A stretch of DNA of 64,000 nucleotides, from the NCBI GenBank assembly GCA_963717525.1, contig OY970343.1, forward strand, positions 544,001 through 608,000, in the 5' to 3' direction. A program made the translations under genes and the position numbers. The stretch comes from an uncultured Methanoregulaceae archaeon (lineage in GTDB: Archaea > Halobacteriota > Methanomicrobia > Methanomicrobiales > Methanospirillaceae). Positions 12,035 through 23,639 of the stretch are shown here, piece after piece; the first letter of the stretch is position 1; each line of letters begins with the position of its first letter. The notes below the pieces were generated by a model, which worked only from the letters and a program-made list of their open reading frames with translations, had not been told where the DNA came from and searched no databases.

Positions 12035-12385
12035 ATGACCGGACGCTGGTGCCTGCTCGTGGGAGTCTTTCTTGTCCTGTTCCTTTCAGCTGCCGGCTGT
12101 ACCACCCTCCAAGTCGGGGACGTATCGTACGGGAACGGCAACCTGACTGTGGGGGTTGCAGGACCCGCTAATCCTGTTGATGTCGGGGTCCAGGTAACGG
12201 TTTATACGCTGGACCAGTTCGAGCAGCACGAACTGCTTACCACCGGAACCACGGCTACGCTCACCGGGAATGAAAACACCGTAACGATCCCCGTGCAGCT
12301 GGAACCGGGCAGCTACAAGATATACGTGTATATCACCCGGAACGGTGAGCGCGAGACTGCCATAATCCGGGACATTACGGTGTGA
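12035..12385 (+). CDS. Hypothetical lipoprotein
   Basis: Signal peptide with lipobox-like AAGC. Confidence 0.7.
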   Translation: MTGRWCLLVGVFLVLFLSAAGCTTLQVGDVSYGNGNLTVGVAGPANPVDVGVQVTVYTLDQFEQHELLTTGTTATLTGNENTVTIPVQLEPGSYKIYVYITRNGERETAIIRDITV

Positions 12386-12389
12386 ATGC

Positions 12390-14056
12390 ATGCCAGGTTC
12401 GCATGCAGACCTTATACCGGCAGCCCGTGGCACGGAGCCGGCGGATGCTGTCTACCGGAATGCCGAGATCTTCGATGTTTTTTCCTGTACATGGGAGCGT
12501 AACGATCTCGCGATAAAATCCGGGACAATTGTCGGGATCGGGCGTTCGTACCGGGGCCTCCGCGAGCGGGATCTTCACGGGAAGTACCTGGTACCGGGCC
12601 TGATCGACGCTCACGTCCATATCGAAAGTTCGCTTCTCGCCCCTCCGGAATATGCCCGGCTGGTCGCATCGCATGGGACGACGACCGTGATCGCCGACCC
12701 CCACGAGATCGCAAACGTAGCGGGAAAAGACGGGATTGAATACATGCTGGCCGCCGGCGCGGTGCCCCGGTAGACATTCTTTACATGCTTCCATCCTGCG
12801 TACCGGCAACCCCCTTTGACATCGGGGGAGCAACACTTGATGCCGGCGCACTCTCCGGTTTCGTAGGCCGGGACGGGATCCTCGGGCTGGGCGAGATGAT
12901 GAACGTGCCGGGGGTGCTTGCCGGGGATGAGGAGATCACAAGAAAACTTGCGCTGGTGCGCATCCGCGACGGCCACGCGCCGCTCCTCTCCGGCATGGAT
13001 CTGAATGCCTACATCCTTGCCGGCCCCGACAGCGACCATGAATGTACCACGCGGGAGGAAGCAGCAGAGAAACTCCGGCGCGGGATGTACCTCTTTGTCC
13101 GCGAAGGATCGACCGAGAAGAACATCGCGGCGCTCGTCCCTGTTATCACGCCATGCAACGTCTCCCGGTGCAGTTTTTCTACCGATGACTGCCATGCGGA
13201 TCTGCTTGCCCGGGAAGGCCACATTGACCGGTGTATCAGGAAGGCGATGAGCTGCGGGTTCGAACCTGAACTTGCGATCCGGATGGCGACGCTTTCTCCC
13301 GCAGAACGCTTCGGTCTTTCTGATCGCGGGGCGCTTGCCCCGGGTCGGCGGGCAGATTTCTGTATCGTGGACAATCCCTGTACTTTTAGCGTCAGAGAGA
13401 CGTTCTCGCGCGGGAAGCCGGTAGCGGAATACACCAGTCCCGCAGCTGTCCCCGCCCTTTCGCCGGCAATCCGGTGCACCACGCCCTCGCCGGAACAGAT
13501 CCGGCTCTCCGGGAAAGGGCATGCGCGGGTCATCGGTCTCGTGCCCGGCCAGATCATCACCGGATCGCTCTTTTTCGACCTCGATGCCTCTCTCCTTCCC
13601 GACCTGAAGCGTGACCTGCTCAAGGTCGTGGTCTGCAACCGGTACGGTAGGGGGACGGTCGGCACCGGCATCGCGCACGGTTTCGGGTTCAAAGACGGTG
13701 CGATCGCCGCAAGTGTTTCCCACGATGCGCACAACATCATTGCGGCCGGTGCCGGGGACGATTCGATCCTCTCCGCCATCAGCGCAGTAATCCGGGCCGG
13801 GGGTGGTATGGCAGCGGTACACGGCAAGGAGGCGACGGTGCTCCCGCTGGACTGTGCCGGGCTTATGTCAACGCTGCCGGCTCACAAGGTTGTGGCAGCG
13901 CTGGATGATCTGAGGGCGGTGAGTACAAAAATAGGCGGTATCGCCGATCCATTCATGTATCTCTCGTTCCTTGCGCTCACCGTGATCCCGTCACTCCGGA
14001 TCACGGACCGCGGGCTCTTTGACGGGATCACGTTCCGGGATGTGCCGGTCTTTTAG
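12390..14056 (+). CDS. ade: Adenine deaminase (frameshift near 12765)
   Basis: [31 protein letters not shown] and SHDAHN motifs. Confidence 0.92.
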
Positions 14057-14198
14057 TTGACGGGGACCTGCATGCAGAGAGAGATCCCTTTTTTTAGATC
14101 CTGTCCGGATCTATGAAGTTCCCCGGCTCCGGAATAATCCCGGTATTTCTCCCGGCAGCATAAGGTTGATATTTTTCTATCACTATCAGTAATTGCAT

Positions 14199-14753
14199 AT
14201 GCATACCCCCACTCCTGAAGAGCTCCGTTCCCGCCGCGAAACACTGGGGCTCCGCCAGACCGAGATTGCACGAAGGGCAGGGATCAGCCAGTCCATGGTG
14301 GCCCGGATCGAAGCGGGCAGCGTCGATCCTCGGGTCAGCACCCTGAATAAAATAATTGCCGTGCTCAACAATGCCGAGCCAAAGAAGATCACCGCCGGCC
14401 AGATCATGCATACGCCGGTCCTCTCCGTCCCGCCGCAGGCAAGCATTTCGCAGGCTGTCGAGATCTTCGAAAAGAACAACGTCTCCCAGCTGCCGGTGAT
14501 CGAACGGGGTGCAACGGTCGGGTGCATCTCCGAATCGGTGATCGTGAAAGCGATCGAGCAGCAGCGCCTCCACCATACGCAGCAGTTCATGGTTAAGGAT
14601 TTTATGGAGCCCGGTTTTCCCACCGTGCCTCCGGATATGGATGTTGAGACCGTGATAAACATCCTCCAGCAGAACCACGCAGTGCTCGTGACTGAAGGGA
14701 GGATCGTGAGAGGTGTGATCACCAAGCATGACCTGATCACGCTTATCGTCTGA
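14199..14753 (+). CDS. XRE-type HTH regulator with C-terminal CBS pair
   Basis: LGLRQTEIARRAGISQSMVARIE HTH; SQLPV and ITKHDL CBS motifs. Confidence 0.88.
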   Translation: MHTPTPEELRSRRETLGLRQTEIARRAGISQSMVARIEAGSVDPRVSTLNKIIAVLNNAEPKKITAGQIMHTPVLSVPPQASISQAVEIFEKNNVSQLPVIERGATVGCISESVIVKAIEQQRLHHTQQFMVKDFMEPGFPTVPPDMDVETVINILQQNHAVLVTEGRIVRGVITKHDLITLIV

Positions 14754-14870
14754 TCCCGGTACTCTTTCGTTCTTTTTTCCTGTCCTGTCGCCGGGCCGAC
14801 AGAAAACTTTATTAATGATTATAAAAGAGGAATGCTTGTTGTGGTCGATACCACACCAGAGGGATGTTTC

Positions 14871-14978
14871 ATGGCAGATGAAGAGAAATCAAAAGATATT
14901 AGCAATGTGACGATTATCGGAATCGGTGTGGTATTGTTTATTATTATCATCGCAGTCTGGTACCTTTTCCTGAAATAA
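14871..14978 (+). CDS. 35-aa single-TM small protein (below ORF-track cutoff)
   Basis: MADEEKSKDISNVTIIGIGVVLFIIIIAVWYLFLK; GAGGG upstream; T-rich tract downstream. Confidence 0.65.
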   Translation: MADEEKSKDISNVTIIGIGVVLFIIIIAVWYLFLK

Positions 14979-15009
14979 CACGGTTCTCCGTGACTCTTTT
15001 ATCTCTTTT

Positions 15010-15679
<670 letters not shown>

Positions 15680-15757
15680 CGTCTCTCATTCCTCGTTCTT
15701 GAGGTGTTTGCCCCCGGCTCCATTCAACCTTTCGCTCCCGTGGTGGATTTTTTTGTA

Positions 15758-18409
15758 TTACTCTTCCCTTACTCCCCTCGTGTAGTGGCCAGCGGTGATT
15801 CCCCCGAGTGCGATCACTTTTGCCCGTTCCCTGAGTGTGGCATACCCGCGGGCAGTACTGGCGGGAGGTTTTGCTGCACGTGCGATGGCATCCCGGTAGA
15901 TCCGGACCATCTCACCAGCGTAGCCGGGCGTGCGGCCCCGTGCATCGATCACCATGGCATCGACGCCGATCCGCACCAGCTCCGGGACAGCATCGACAAG
16001 GCAGGTTTCGGCGGCATTGAAGATATGGCCCCGGCATTCGCCATCGATCCGGACCGGCAGGAGGTGCCCGGTCTCGTCCCGGATCCCATACCACTGGTCA
16101 CGTGAACAGGGACCAGCGCCCTTCCCGCACAGGCCCGATGGGATAATCAGGCAGTCCTCGGTAACCATCGTCTCGAGGTTTCCCTGCGCGAACACGGCCA
16201 GTTCCGGTCTCAGCCCCTGCGACCGCGCCGCACCGGCAAGGAGGGTGATCTCACCGGCAGATAATTCCGGCGAGAGCAGGAGCAGCTTAAAAGACAGCCG
16301 GCCCAGCGCCCGGACCGTCTCTGCATTGAAGACGTTGAGTCCCAGTGAACCCGCAAGCGTGATGCCTGGTGCAATCTCCGCCACGGCACCGGCAGTTCCC
16401 GGGTTGTCCACCATACACGCGTAAAGGCCTGCCTCGTGCAGCCGGGGCAGGGCCGATCGGATGGCGGAGATTTCGGCCTGCCGGGTGATCCTGGGCAGTT
16501 TCCAGATGAGCCGGGCGTTGTGTATCCGGCAGGTCTCAAGGGCAGAGCGGATCGTGTCTACCAGCCTTTCCGCGTCTTTTCCCTCCATGCCAGAACCCGG
16601 GGAGACCGGGGGTTCAAAACAGATCGTCCCTGCCCCGGCCCGGGCACCGGCCTCCACGATTCCGGGTGTGTCCGTGTACAGGATGATGCCCATGGCCCGA
16701 TCAGGGGATTTAAGGGTTCCGGGAAGCGGTAGTGCCTGATTGTGTGCAATAAACCGGTCAAGGCGCTCACGTGCTACCTCTATATCCTCGCTGGAAGGAC
16801 GAGAGGCAGCCACCAGGGCCTCTTTGGCACGGGCAAAAAACTCCCGCCGTACCCGATTGATCTCACTGACCGGGGCAAAGAGGGTGCCGTCATAACCAAG
16901 GGTGAGGCTGGCGATACCAAAGGGCGTCCCCCCGGTCTTTTCCAGCTGTGCGGCAAGTTGTTCTCTCGTGAGCGGGCTGGTCCGGGCTGGTGCGAGCCGA
17001 AGATTTCCGGCCTCTTCCACGGTGACTGGTTCTTTACCGGGCGGGTACAGGGTCCCCGCGAGCGTAAGAAGTCCTTCCGGAGTGACCTTCGCCACGATAC
17101 CGGCCGGCACCGGCTGACGCAGTCCGGGACTTCCCTGCCGGAGGATCTGCCGGGCGCGGGCCGCAAGATCGACCGATGATGTCAGGGAGACCCGGGCACC
17201 TTTCTCCACCGGGAGGGGGACGACGAGTTCGATCCCCTCCGGTTTTACGCCGGGTTCGGTGTTGAGAGAAAAGCCCCATTCCGCTTCCGGATTGCCGGGA
17301 TGGGAGAAGAGGAGCCCGTCCCCGGGATGCAGGGTGACCGCCAGATCCGGGCAGAGGGTTGCCGTGCCTTTCCTGCGGTCGTACCCGGACACGGTCCCGA
17401 TGAGCAGGCCGCGGTTGTCCGGACGGTCCCTGCCCATGAGGCTCCCTTTGCGGTCCCCGAAGAGGTAGCCCCGGGTGAACCCCCGGTTGAATGCGAGGGC
17501 AAGGTCGCGGAGTGCAGCCTCGTCCGGGACAAATGTACCTGCGGCAGCCTCGTCAAGGGCGCGCCGGTAGGTGGAGACCACGATCGCCACGTACTCCGGC
17601 GACTTCATCCTGCCCTCGATTTTTAACGATGCGACGGGAGAATCCACGAGCCGGGGGATATCCCGGTACGTGCAGAGGTCTTTTGGCGAGAGGAGATACG
17701 GTCCCGGCATCGGTACATCGTGGAGACCGGTCGGCCGGCCATACCGGTCAACCCCGGCGGTGACAAGGGTGTATTTTTTCCGGCACGGCTGGGCGCACAT
17801 GCCCCGGTTCCCGCTCCGGCCGCCGATCACGGACGAGAGGAGGCACTGGCCTGAATAACTGTAGCAGAGGGCCCCATGCGCGAAGACCTCAAGCCCCATT
17901 CCGGTATCCGCAGTCGCCCGGGAGATTGCCTCCATCTCGGAAAGCGGGAGTTCCCGGGCGAGCACCACCCGCGAGAACCCCATGGCATGCGCCCACCGCA
18001 CCCCCTCAGCGTTGTGGATGGTAAGCTGGGTCGAGGCATGGAGAACAAGGCCCGGTACAATCTCCCGTGCGAGAGCTGCGAGACCGGGGTCCTGCACCAG
18101 CACCGCATCAACTCCCGATTCGTACAGCCAGACAAGGTACTCAAGGACATCGGGGAGTTCCCGGTCGTGCACCAGCGTATTGACCGTCACGTACACCTTC
18201 ACGCCCCGGGCGTGGGCGTACGCGATCGTTTCCGCGATCTCCTCCCCGGAAAAATTCTGCGCGAACTTCCTTGCGCCAAACCGTTTCCCGCTCAGGTAAA
18301 CCGCATCGGCCCCGGCTGCCACGGCGGCAAAGAACGCCTCCGGGGAACCGGCTGGTGCGAGCAGTTCGGGGATCTTCTTCTTTGGGAGGGCAATCGTGCT
18401 TTTTGTCAT
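15758..18409 (-). CDS. U32 peptidase-family Fe-S protein, RlhA-like architecture
   Basis: ELLAPAGS, HASTQ, HGALCYSYSGQC...NRGMCAQPCR and LKIEGRMK motifs; long C-terminal extension. Confidence 0.88.
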   Translation of the reverse strand: MTKSTIALPKKKIPELLAPAGSPEAFFAAVAAGADAVYLSGKRFGARKFAQNFSGEEIAETIAYAHARGVKVYVTVNTLVHDRELPDVLEYLVWLYESGVDAVLVQDPGLAALAREIVPGLVLHASTQLTIHNAEGVRWAHAMGFSRVVLARELPLSEMEAISRATADTGMGLEVFAHGALCYSYSGQCLLSSVIGGRSGNRGMCAQPCRKKYTLVTAGVDRYGRPTGLHDVPMPGPYLLSPKDLCTYRDIPRLVDSPVASLKIEGRMKSPEYVAIVVSTYRRALDEAAAGTFVPDEAALRDLALAFNRGFTRGYLFGDRKGSLMGRDRPDNRGLLIGTVSGYDRRKGTATLCPDLAVTLHPGDGLLFSHPGNPEAEWGFSLNTEPGVKPEGIELVVPLPVEKGARVSLTSSVDLAARARQILRQGSPGLRQPVPAGIVAKVTPEGLLTLAGTLYPPGKEPVTVEEAGNLRLAPARTSPLTREQLAAQLEKTGGTPFGIASLTLGYDGTLFAPVSEINRVRREFFARAKEALVAASRPSSEDIEVARERLDRFIAHNQALPLPGTLKSPDRAMGIILYTDTPGIVEAGARAGAGTICFEPPVSPGSGMEGKDAERLVDTIRSALETCRIHNARLIWKLPRITRQAEISAIRSALPRLHEAGLYACMVDNPGTAGAVAEIAPGITLAGSLGLNVFNAETVRALGRLSFKLLLLSPELSAGEITLLAGAARSQGLRPELAVFAQGNLETMVTEDCLIIPSGLCGKGAGPCSRDQWYGIRDETGHLLPVRIDGECRGHIFNAAETCLVDAVPELVRIGVDAMVIDARGRTPGYAGEMVRIYRDAIARAAKPPASTARGYATLRERAKVIALGGITAGHYTRGVREE

Positions 18410-18416
18410 GGTCGCC

Positions 18417-18959
18417 TCAGAGCAGGGGGAGGAAATAGTGGATGAACCCGAGCGTGGCAAGCGTAATTGCCGCGGCAGAAACGCAGTACCCGGCCATCGT
18501 GATCGCAAACGACCGCCATTTCTGCCACCCGAAAAGCCAGGAGGCCGGGGAACAGAGGTATACACCGATAAGGATCTCTGCAGGGACGAGGCCGTAGATG
18601 CCGTACCGCTCAAACATCCATGAACGCGCCGTCATCCTCCGGGTCCAGTCCAGGAAGGCTGCAACGTGTCCCGACGCCGTCCCAATCGCATCGAATATAC
18701 CAAAGAGGCCAAGGAAGATCCCGGCCTCGACACTGGTGGCAACCGGCACCACATACTGCACCGGCAGGCCAAGCCCTATACCGATCGGTATCGACCCGTC
18801 CTCGATGACAAATGCGCTCGCGATAAGGGCACCGGCAGCAACGGGGGAGAGGCCAAGAAGGTATGCAGCGCCAAGCGGCAGGACGAATGCAAGGATAACG
18901 CACCATCCAAGCGCACTACAGGCAAGCCTGAGGGTTTTCATGACTGCCGCAGGTTCCAT
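18417..18959 (-). CDS. Multi-TM membrane protein (small multidrug export-like)
   Basis: Several hydrophobic helices; ERYGIYGL...GVY...WLFGW pattern. Confidence 0.6.
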   Translation of the reverse strand: MEPAAVMKTLRLACSALGWCVILAFVLPLGAAYLLGLSPVAAGALIASAFVIEDGSIPIGIGLGLPVQYVVPVATSVEAGIFLGLFGIFDAIGTASGHVAAFLDWTRRMTARSWMFERYGIYGLVPAEILIGVYLCSPASWLFGWQKWRSFAITMAGYCVSAAAITLATLGFIHYFLPLL

Positions 18960-19074
18960 ATCCGGTACTAGGGTTTTCACCCGGAAGGGGATAAACGGGT
19001 ATCCCAGACAACCCGTCCCTGACAGGCCGGGCAGAGCGTATCTTTTTGTGGCCCCGCGACAAATCGTCAGGTAC

Positions 19075-19704
19075 ATGCAGATCGTTGCCTGCCTGACGGA
19101 TCCCGCACAGGCTGCAGCCGCAGAGGCTCAGGGTGCACAGGTGCTCGAGCTCCGCCTTGACCTGATGGAGGGTAACCCGAAAGACCGGGTGCGGCAGTGC
19201 AAAGCGATCTCGCGTCTCCCGGTCATCGCCACGCTCCGCTCCGCAGAGGAAGGCGGCCGGTACTTCGGGAGCCCGGAGGAGTGGCAGAAGAAGATCGCGC
19301 CGGTTATCCCGCTCGTGGAGTATATTGATGTCGAGCAGCAGTTTGCCCGCATGGCCGGGCCGGTCAAAGCGGCGGGAAAAGGGATCATCGCGTCACATCA
19401 TACGGCAGGAATGGTGCCGCTCCCTATCCTCTTCGTGCTCGAACAGGAACTCCGGTCGTACGGCGAAATCCCCAAGATTGTTGTCACGCCGGGAAACGAG
19501 GAAGACCTCATCGATCTCATCGCCTTTACCCGGGCGGCAAAAAAACCGATCTGCACCGGGGTGATGGGAGCGGCGTTCCGGTACGCCCGTGCCATCCTCC
19601 CGCTTTTTGGCTCGGAGTTCGTGTACTGCCATACCGGTGTGCCGACAGCAGTTGGGCAGTATTCCGTAGAAGAGTTTGTTACTCTCGCAAAACTGCTTTC
19701 CTGA
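19075..19704 (+). CDS. aroD: Type I 3-dehydroquinate dehydratase
   Basis: ELRLD, IATLRSAEEGG, IIASHH, PKIV and MG motifs. Confidence 0.9.
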   Translation: MQIVACLTDPAQAAAAEAQGAQVLELRLDLMEGNPKDRVRQCKAISRLPVIATLRSAEEGGRYFGSPEEWQKKIAPVIPLVEYIDVEQQFARMAGPVKAAGKGIIASHHTAGMVPLPILFVLEQELRSYGEIPKIVVTPGNEEDLIDLIAFTRAAKKPICTGVMGAAFRYARAILPLFGSEFVYCHTGVPTAVGQYSVEEFVTLAKLLS

Positions 19705-19914
19705 AATCAAACATATGAAAAAGCCGCTCCCGGGGGCTTTCGCCCCCGCCGCTCGTCCACCCCCCAGATGCGATAGTGCTGTATTACTCATAATCAGGCA
19801 TGTCCCTGACACAGGAAATACAGAAGCATCGCATGTGAGTCCCGTCCCTCTCGGGAGACGCATTGGCTCAAGAGGGGGGCTGCACAAATTTAAAAACAGG
19901 TTTTCTACTAAACA
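19700..19914 (+). mobile_element. Family B MITE-like repeat, diverged copy
   Basis: GGGGGCTTTCGCCCCCGCCGCT...GCGATAGTGC...GCATCGC...GGTTTTCTAC shared with the 35092 and 43546 copies. Confidence 0.7.
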
Positions 19915-20005
19915 GTTCTTTTCAGTCAACGAGTGAAAAAGAAGATGTTTACGAAGGGGAAAAGCAGCGATCCTCCGTTTGTTTATCTGCACCAAAAAAA
20001 AAAAA

Positions 20006-20992
20006 TTACCGGTATTTTTCCTGTTCCAGCATCGTATCGGCAAGAACAAGCGCGAGCATCGCCTCTGCCACCGGGAGGATACGGGGCACGATGCAGGGGT
20101 CGTGCCGGCCGCCGACCGTGATCTCCACGGCGTTCCCGTGGATGTCCCGCGTCTGCTGGACCTTTGCGATGGAGGGCGTCGGTTTTACCGCAATGCGCAC
20201 GACGATATCCTGCCCGGAGGAGATCCCGCCGAGGATACCGCCCGCGTGATTGCTTTTAAAACCGGTGGCGGTCATCGGGTCATTGTTCTCGCTTCCGAAC
20301 CTCCCTGCGACCGCAAACCCGTCGCCGATCTCCACGCCCTTGACTGCACCGATCCCCATCATGGCGCCGGCAATTGCCGCATCAAGTTTCCCGAAGACCG
20401 GGTCGCCGAGGCCTGCCGGGCAGCCGGTTGCGATAATCTCCGCGATCCCGCCGACAGAGTCCCCGGCCGCCTTTGCCGCGAGGATCTCCTGTTCGATCTC
20501 CTTTGGTACGGTTTTGCCATGCACGGACATGATCCGGCCGGTGATAGCGATCCCCCGTCCGGCAAGGTACTTCAGTGCCACGGCGCCGGCCGCAACCCGG
20601 CCGACAGTCTCCCTGCCCGAGCTCCTGCCACCCCCCCGGTAATCCCGGATACCATACTTTTCCTGGTACGTGAAATCCGCGTGACCGGGCCGGAACTTCT
20701 CTTTGATCGCCTCGTAATCCTTCGACTGCGTATCCCTGTTTCTCACCAGCAGCGCTATGGGTGCGCCGGTCGTCATCCCTTCGAACACACCCGAGAGGAT
20801 CTCGACCGTGTCGGCCTCATCCCGCGCGGATGTCAGAGAAGATGTGCCCGGCCGCCTTCGGTCGAGCAGCGGCTGGATATCAGCCGCCGTTAATGCGAGC
20901 CGGGCCGGGCACCCGTCGATGACCGCGCCCACGGCCGGGCCGTGGCTCTCTCCAAAGGTCGTGACTGCAAAATTCCTGCCAAAGGTGTTCAT
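20006..20992 (-). CDS. aroC: Chorismate synthase
   Basis: [24 protein letters not shown] and GRHDPC motifs. Confidence 0.96.
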   Translation of the reverse strand: MNTFGRNFAVTTFGESHGPAVGAVIDGCPARLALTAADIQPLLDRRRPGTSSLTSARDEADTVEILSGVFEGMTTGAPIALLVRNRDTQSKDYEAIKEKFRPGHADFTYQEKYGIRDYRGGGRSSGRETVGRVAAGAVALKYLAGRGIAITGRIMSVHGKTVPKEIEQEILAAKAAGDSVGGIAEIIATGCPAGLGDPVFGKLDAAIAGAMMGIGAVKGVEIGDGFAVAGRFGSENNDPMTATGFKSNHAGGILGGISSGQDIVVRIAVKPTPSIAKVQQTRDIHGNAVEITVGGRHDPCIVPRILPVAEAMLALVLADTMLEQEKYR

Positions 20993-22377
20993 GCCAGTAT
21001 CTCCCGTATGACGGTATCGGGCACGTCAATCCCGAAGAAGAGCCGGAACTGCTCCCGTGCTTGGTGGATAAAAACCTCGGTACCGATAATGGTTGCGCAG
21101 CCGGCTTTCCGTGCTGCGGTGATCAGGGGTGTGACCGGGGGTGTGTACACAAGATCAAATACGGTCATCTCCTTCTTGAGCTGATCGTCCCGGAGCGGGC
21201 TTTTCGTGTCCGGCTGCATGCCAACCGGTGTGGCGTTCACAACAAGGTCAGGGTTTGTCCGGTCAAAGTCGTCCCATGCGCCCCACCGGCAGCCGGACCG
21301 CTCCGCGAGCGCCCGTGCCTTCTCCGGCGTCCGGTTCAGGATGGTGACCTCCATGCCGAGATCCATAAGGGCATACGCGGCCGCTGCTGCAACCCCACCA
21401 GCGCCGAGCAGTACCGCACGGGCACCTTTGTGGCCGGCGAGGGGTTTTTTGATGCCCAGCCAGTCCGTGTTACAGCCGTATGCTTCCCCGCAGGCGAAGA
21501 CCACCGTGTTTATTGCACCGATCTGCCTGGCCGCGTCATCGATCTCGTCAAGGCAGGCCATCACGTCCTGCTTGAAAGGGATGGTTACCGAGAGCCCTTT
21601 CGCATCGATGCTGCGGGCAGTCTCCATGATGGCGCTGATTGACGGGTCCTCGAACCGGGTGTAGTGGCAGTCGAGCTGGTATTTCTCAAAGAGCCGGTTG
21701 AAGAGGAGCGGGCTCCTGCTGTGGCCGCAGGGCCAGCCGGCAACTCCGAGGAACCGGGTCCGGGGATCATGGCCGGGACCGGTGAGCAGGGACTGCAGCT
21801 GTTCGCGTTCAGGTGCCGGGAGGGGGGTTGCCGCAAACCACTTTGCTGCTGCCTCCCGGACCGGGGCAGGGATCGTCCCGTGTTCCAGCAGGCCGAGGAT
21901 CCGGCCGGCCGCCTCTTCGTTTGTGGTCCGGCTGGTATCCACGCAGAAGTCTGCCGCTGCGGCATAGTTGTGGCGCCGGCGGGCGATCACCTCTGCGATC
22001 TCCTGATCCGCAGGAAGGCTGGTGAGAGGCGGGCGGGGGGCCCGGGCGAGCCTGCGCCTGATGGTCGCGATCTCTGCGGTCAGCAGCACACAGGTACTTT
22101 GTGCCCTGAGGTGCTCCATGTTTTTAGGGTCCATGACCACGCCGCCCCCGGTGCCGATCACGATGTCACGGGCAGGGAGCCCGGCGATCGCCTCACGTTC
22201 CAGCGTACGGAAGCGCTCCTCATCGTCCTTCCTGAAGATCTCCGGGATCGTGCGACCGCTCTGCTGTTCGATAAGTGCATCGGTATCGAGGAAGGGTACA
22301 CCCAGCCTGCGGGCGAGCACCGTCCCGATGGCGGTCTTGCCGGTCCCGCGGTAGCCGAAGAGCACGATCCGCCTCAT
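20989..22377 (-). CDS. aroK-aroE: Shikimate kinase (P-loop type) fused to shikimate dehydrogenase
   Basis: N-terminal [11 protein letters not shown] and GTGGG; C-terminal HSRSP, SVTIPFK, NTD, GAGG and NATPVG; one continuous frame. Confidence 0.9.
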   Translation of the reverse strand: MRRIVLFGYRGTGKTAIGTVLARRLGVPFLDTDALIEQQSGRTIPEIFRKDDEERFRTLEREAIAGLPARDIVIGTGGGVVMDPKNMEHLRAQSTCVLLTAEIATIRRRLARAPRPPLTSLPADQEIAEVIARRRHNYAAAADFCVDTSRTTNEEAAGRILGLLEHGTIPAPVREAAAKWFAATPLPAPEREQLQSLLTGPGHDPRTRFLGVAGWPCGHSRSPLLFNRLFEKYQLDCHYTRFEDPSISAIMETARSIDAKGLSVTIPFKQDVMACLDEIDDAARQIGAINTVVFACGEAYGCNTDWLGIKKPLAGHKGARAVLLGAGGVAAAAAYALMDLGMEVTILNRTPEKARALAERSGCRWGAWDDFDRTNPDLVVNATPVGMQPDTKSPLRDDQLKKEMTVFDLVYTPPVTPLITAARKAGCATIIGTEVFIHQAREQFRLFFGIDVPDTVIREILA

Positions 22378-23639
22378 TCCATCACCCCGGCAAGTGCGTC
22401 CCAGAAACCGGGATAGGATTTGGCGACGCATTCCGCGCCGGTGATCGAGACCCCGCCGATCCCGAGACCAAGGACGGCAAAGCTCATCGCCATGCGATGG
22501 TCGTTTGCCGGGTCGATGGTGCCGCCATGGAGCAGGGCCGGCTGGATGATGATCCGGTCTTCATGGGTATTTACCGTCGCGCCAAGCTGCCGGAGTCGTT
22601 CCGCGGTAACGGCAATGCGGTCGCTCTCCTTGTACTTCAGGTGGCCGATGCCGGTGATCACCGAGGGGGTCTTTGCCACCGCTGCCACCATGCAGAGCGT
22701 CTGGACCGTGTCGGGAGCCGAGGACATGTCGATGGTGATCCCGGCAAGCTGCCCATCGTGTTCGATCATGACACTGTCATGGGCATAGGTCACCTGGCAG
22801 CCCATCCTCACGAGTGCAGAAAGGAAGAACCGGTCGCCCTGCACGGAGTCCGGGGTGAGGCCGGTCACCGTCACTCTGCCGCCACAGATAGCCGCGAGCG
22901 CAAAGAAGTACGAGGCCGACGAGTAGTCCCCTTCGATGACGTACGTGCGGCCGGTGTAATGGTTGCAGGTGCTAACCTCGAACCTCCGGTATCCTTCGCG
23001 CCGGATAACCGCCCCAAAACCGGTCATGACACCGGTCGTGATGTCGAGGTACGACTGAGATGCGGGAGTTCCCGTGATCTCTAATGAGACCGGGTTTTTC
23101 GCGTAGGGGGCGGCCATCAGGACCGAGGATGCGAACTGGCTGCTCACCGATCCGTCTATCGTGGCGCTGCCGCCACGGAGATTGCCGCCGATCGTTACCG
23201 GGGGGAACCCGGGCTTTTTTGGAAACCTGATCTCCCCCCCGAGGACTGTAAGCGTGTCGGCAAGCGGCCCGACCGGCCGCTCCTGCATCCGGGCGCTGCC
23301 GGTGAGAGTGACCGGGTGATCCGCGAGGAGCGCGGAGGAGGCGAGCAGGCGCAGGGAGGTGCCGGAGTTATTAAGGTCAAGCACCGTGCCCGGGGGGCAG
23401 GTGAATGCCCCGTCACATCCTTCCACGATCACACTCCGGTCATTGGTTTTTATATCGGTGCCAATCTTTTCAAGGGCGGCGATCGTGAGTTGTGTGTCGT
23501 CGGCCATGAGCGGGTTGACGATGGTACTTGTGCCCTGTGCGAGTGCTGCCGCGATGAGGGCACGGTGCGTGTAACTCTTGGAGGGCGGGGCAGCGACCGT
23601 AAGGTCGATACCGCGCCGCAGGGGGAGGGTGACGATCAT
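22374..23639 (-). CDS. aroA: EPSP synthase
   Basis: PPSKSYTHR, NSGTSLR, SSQF, KESDR and DHRMAM motifs. Confidence 0.95.
   Translation of the reverse strand: MIVTLPLRRGIDLTVAAPPSKSYTHRALIAAALAQGTSTIVNPLMADDTQLTIAALEKIGTDIKTNDRSVIVEGCDGAFTCPPGTVLDLNNSGTSLRLLASSALLADHPVTLTGSARMQERPVGPLADTLTVLGGEIRFPKKPGFPPVTIGGNLRGGSATIDGSVSSQFASSVLMAAPYAKNPVSLEITGTPASQSYLDITTGVMTGFGAVIRREGYRRFEVSTCNHYTGRTYVIEGDYSSASYFFALAAICGGRVTVTGLTPDSVQGDRFFLSALVRMGCQVTYAHDSVMIEHDGQLAGITIDMSSAPDTVQTLCMVAAVAKTPSVITGIGHLKYKESDRIAVTAERLRQLGATVNTHEDRIIIQPALLHGGTIDPANDHRMAMSFAVLGLGIGGVSITGAECVAKSYPGFWDALAGVME

Noticed and set aside
18410..18613. N-terminal extension of the U32 ORF (likewise the extensions on aroD, the b561-like gene and the 60574 kinase)
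   Set aside because: Longest-ORF artefacts: the U32, aroD and b561-like extensions overlap neighbouring genes, and downstream ATGs fit the family N-termini better in all four
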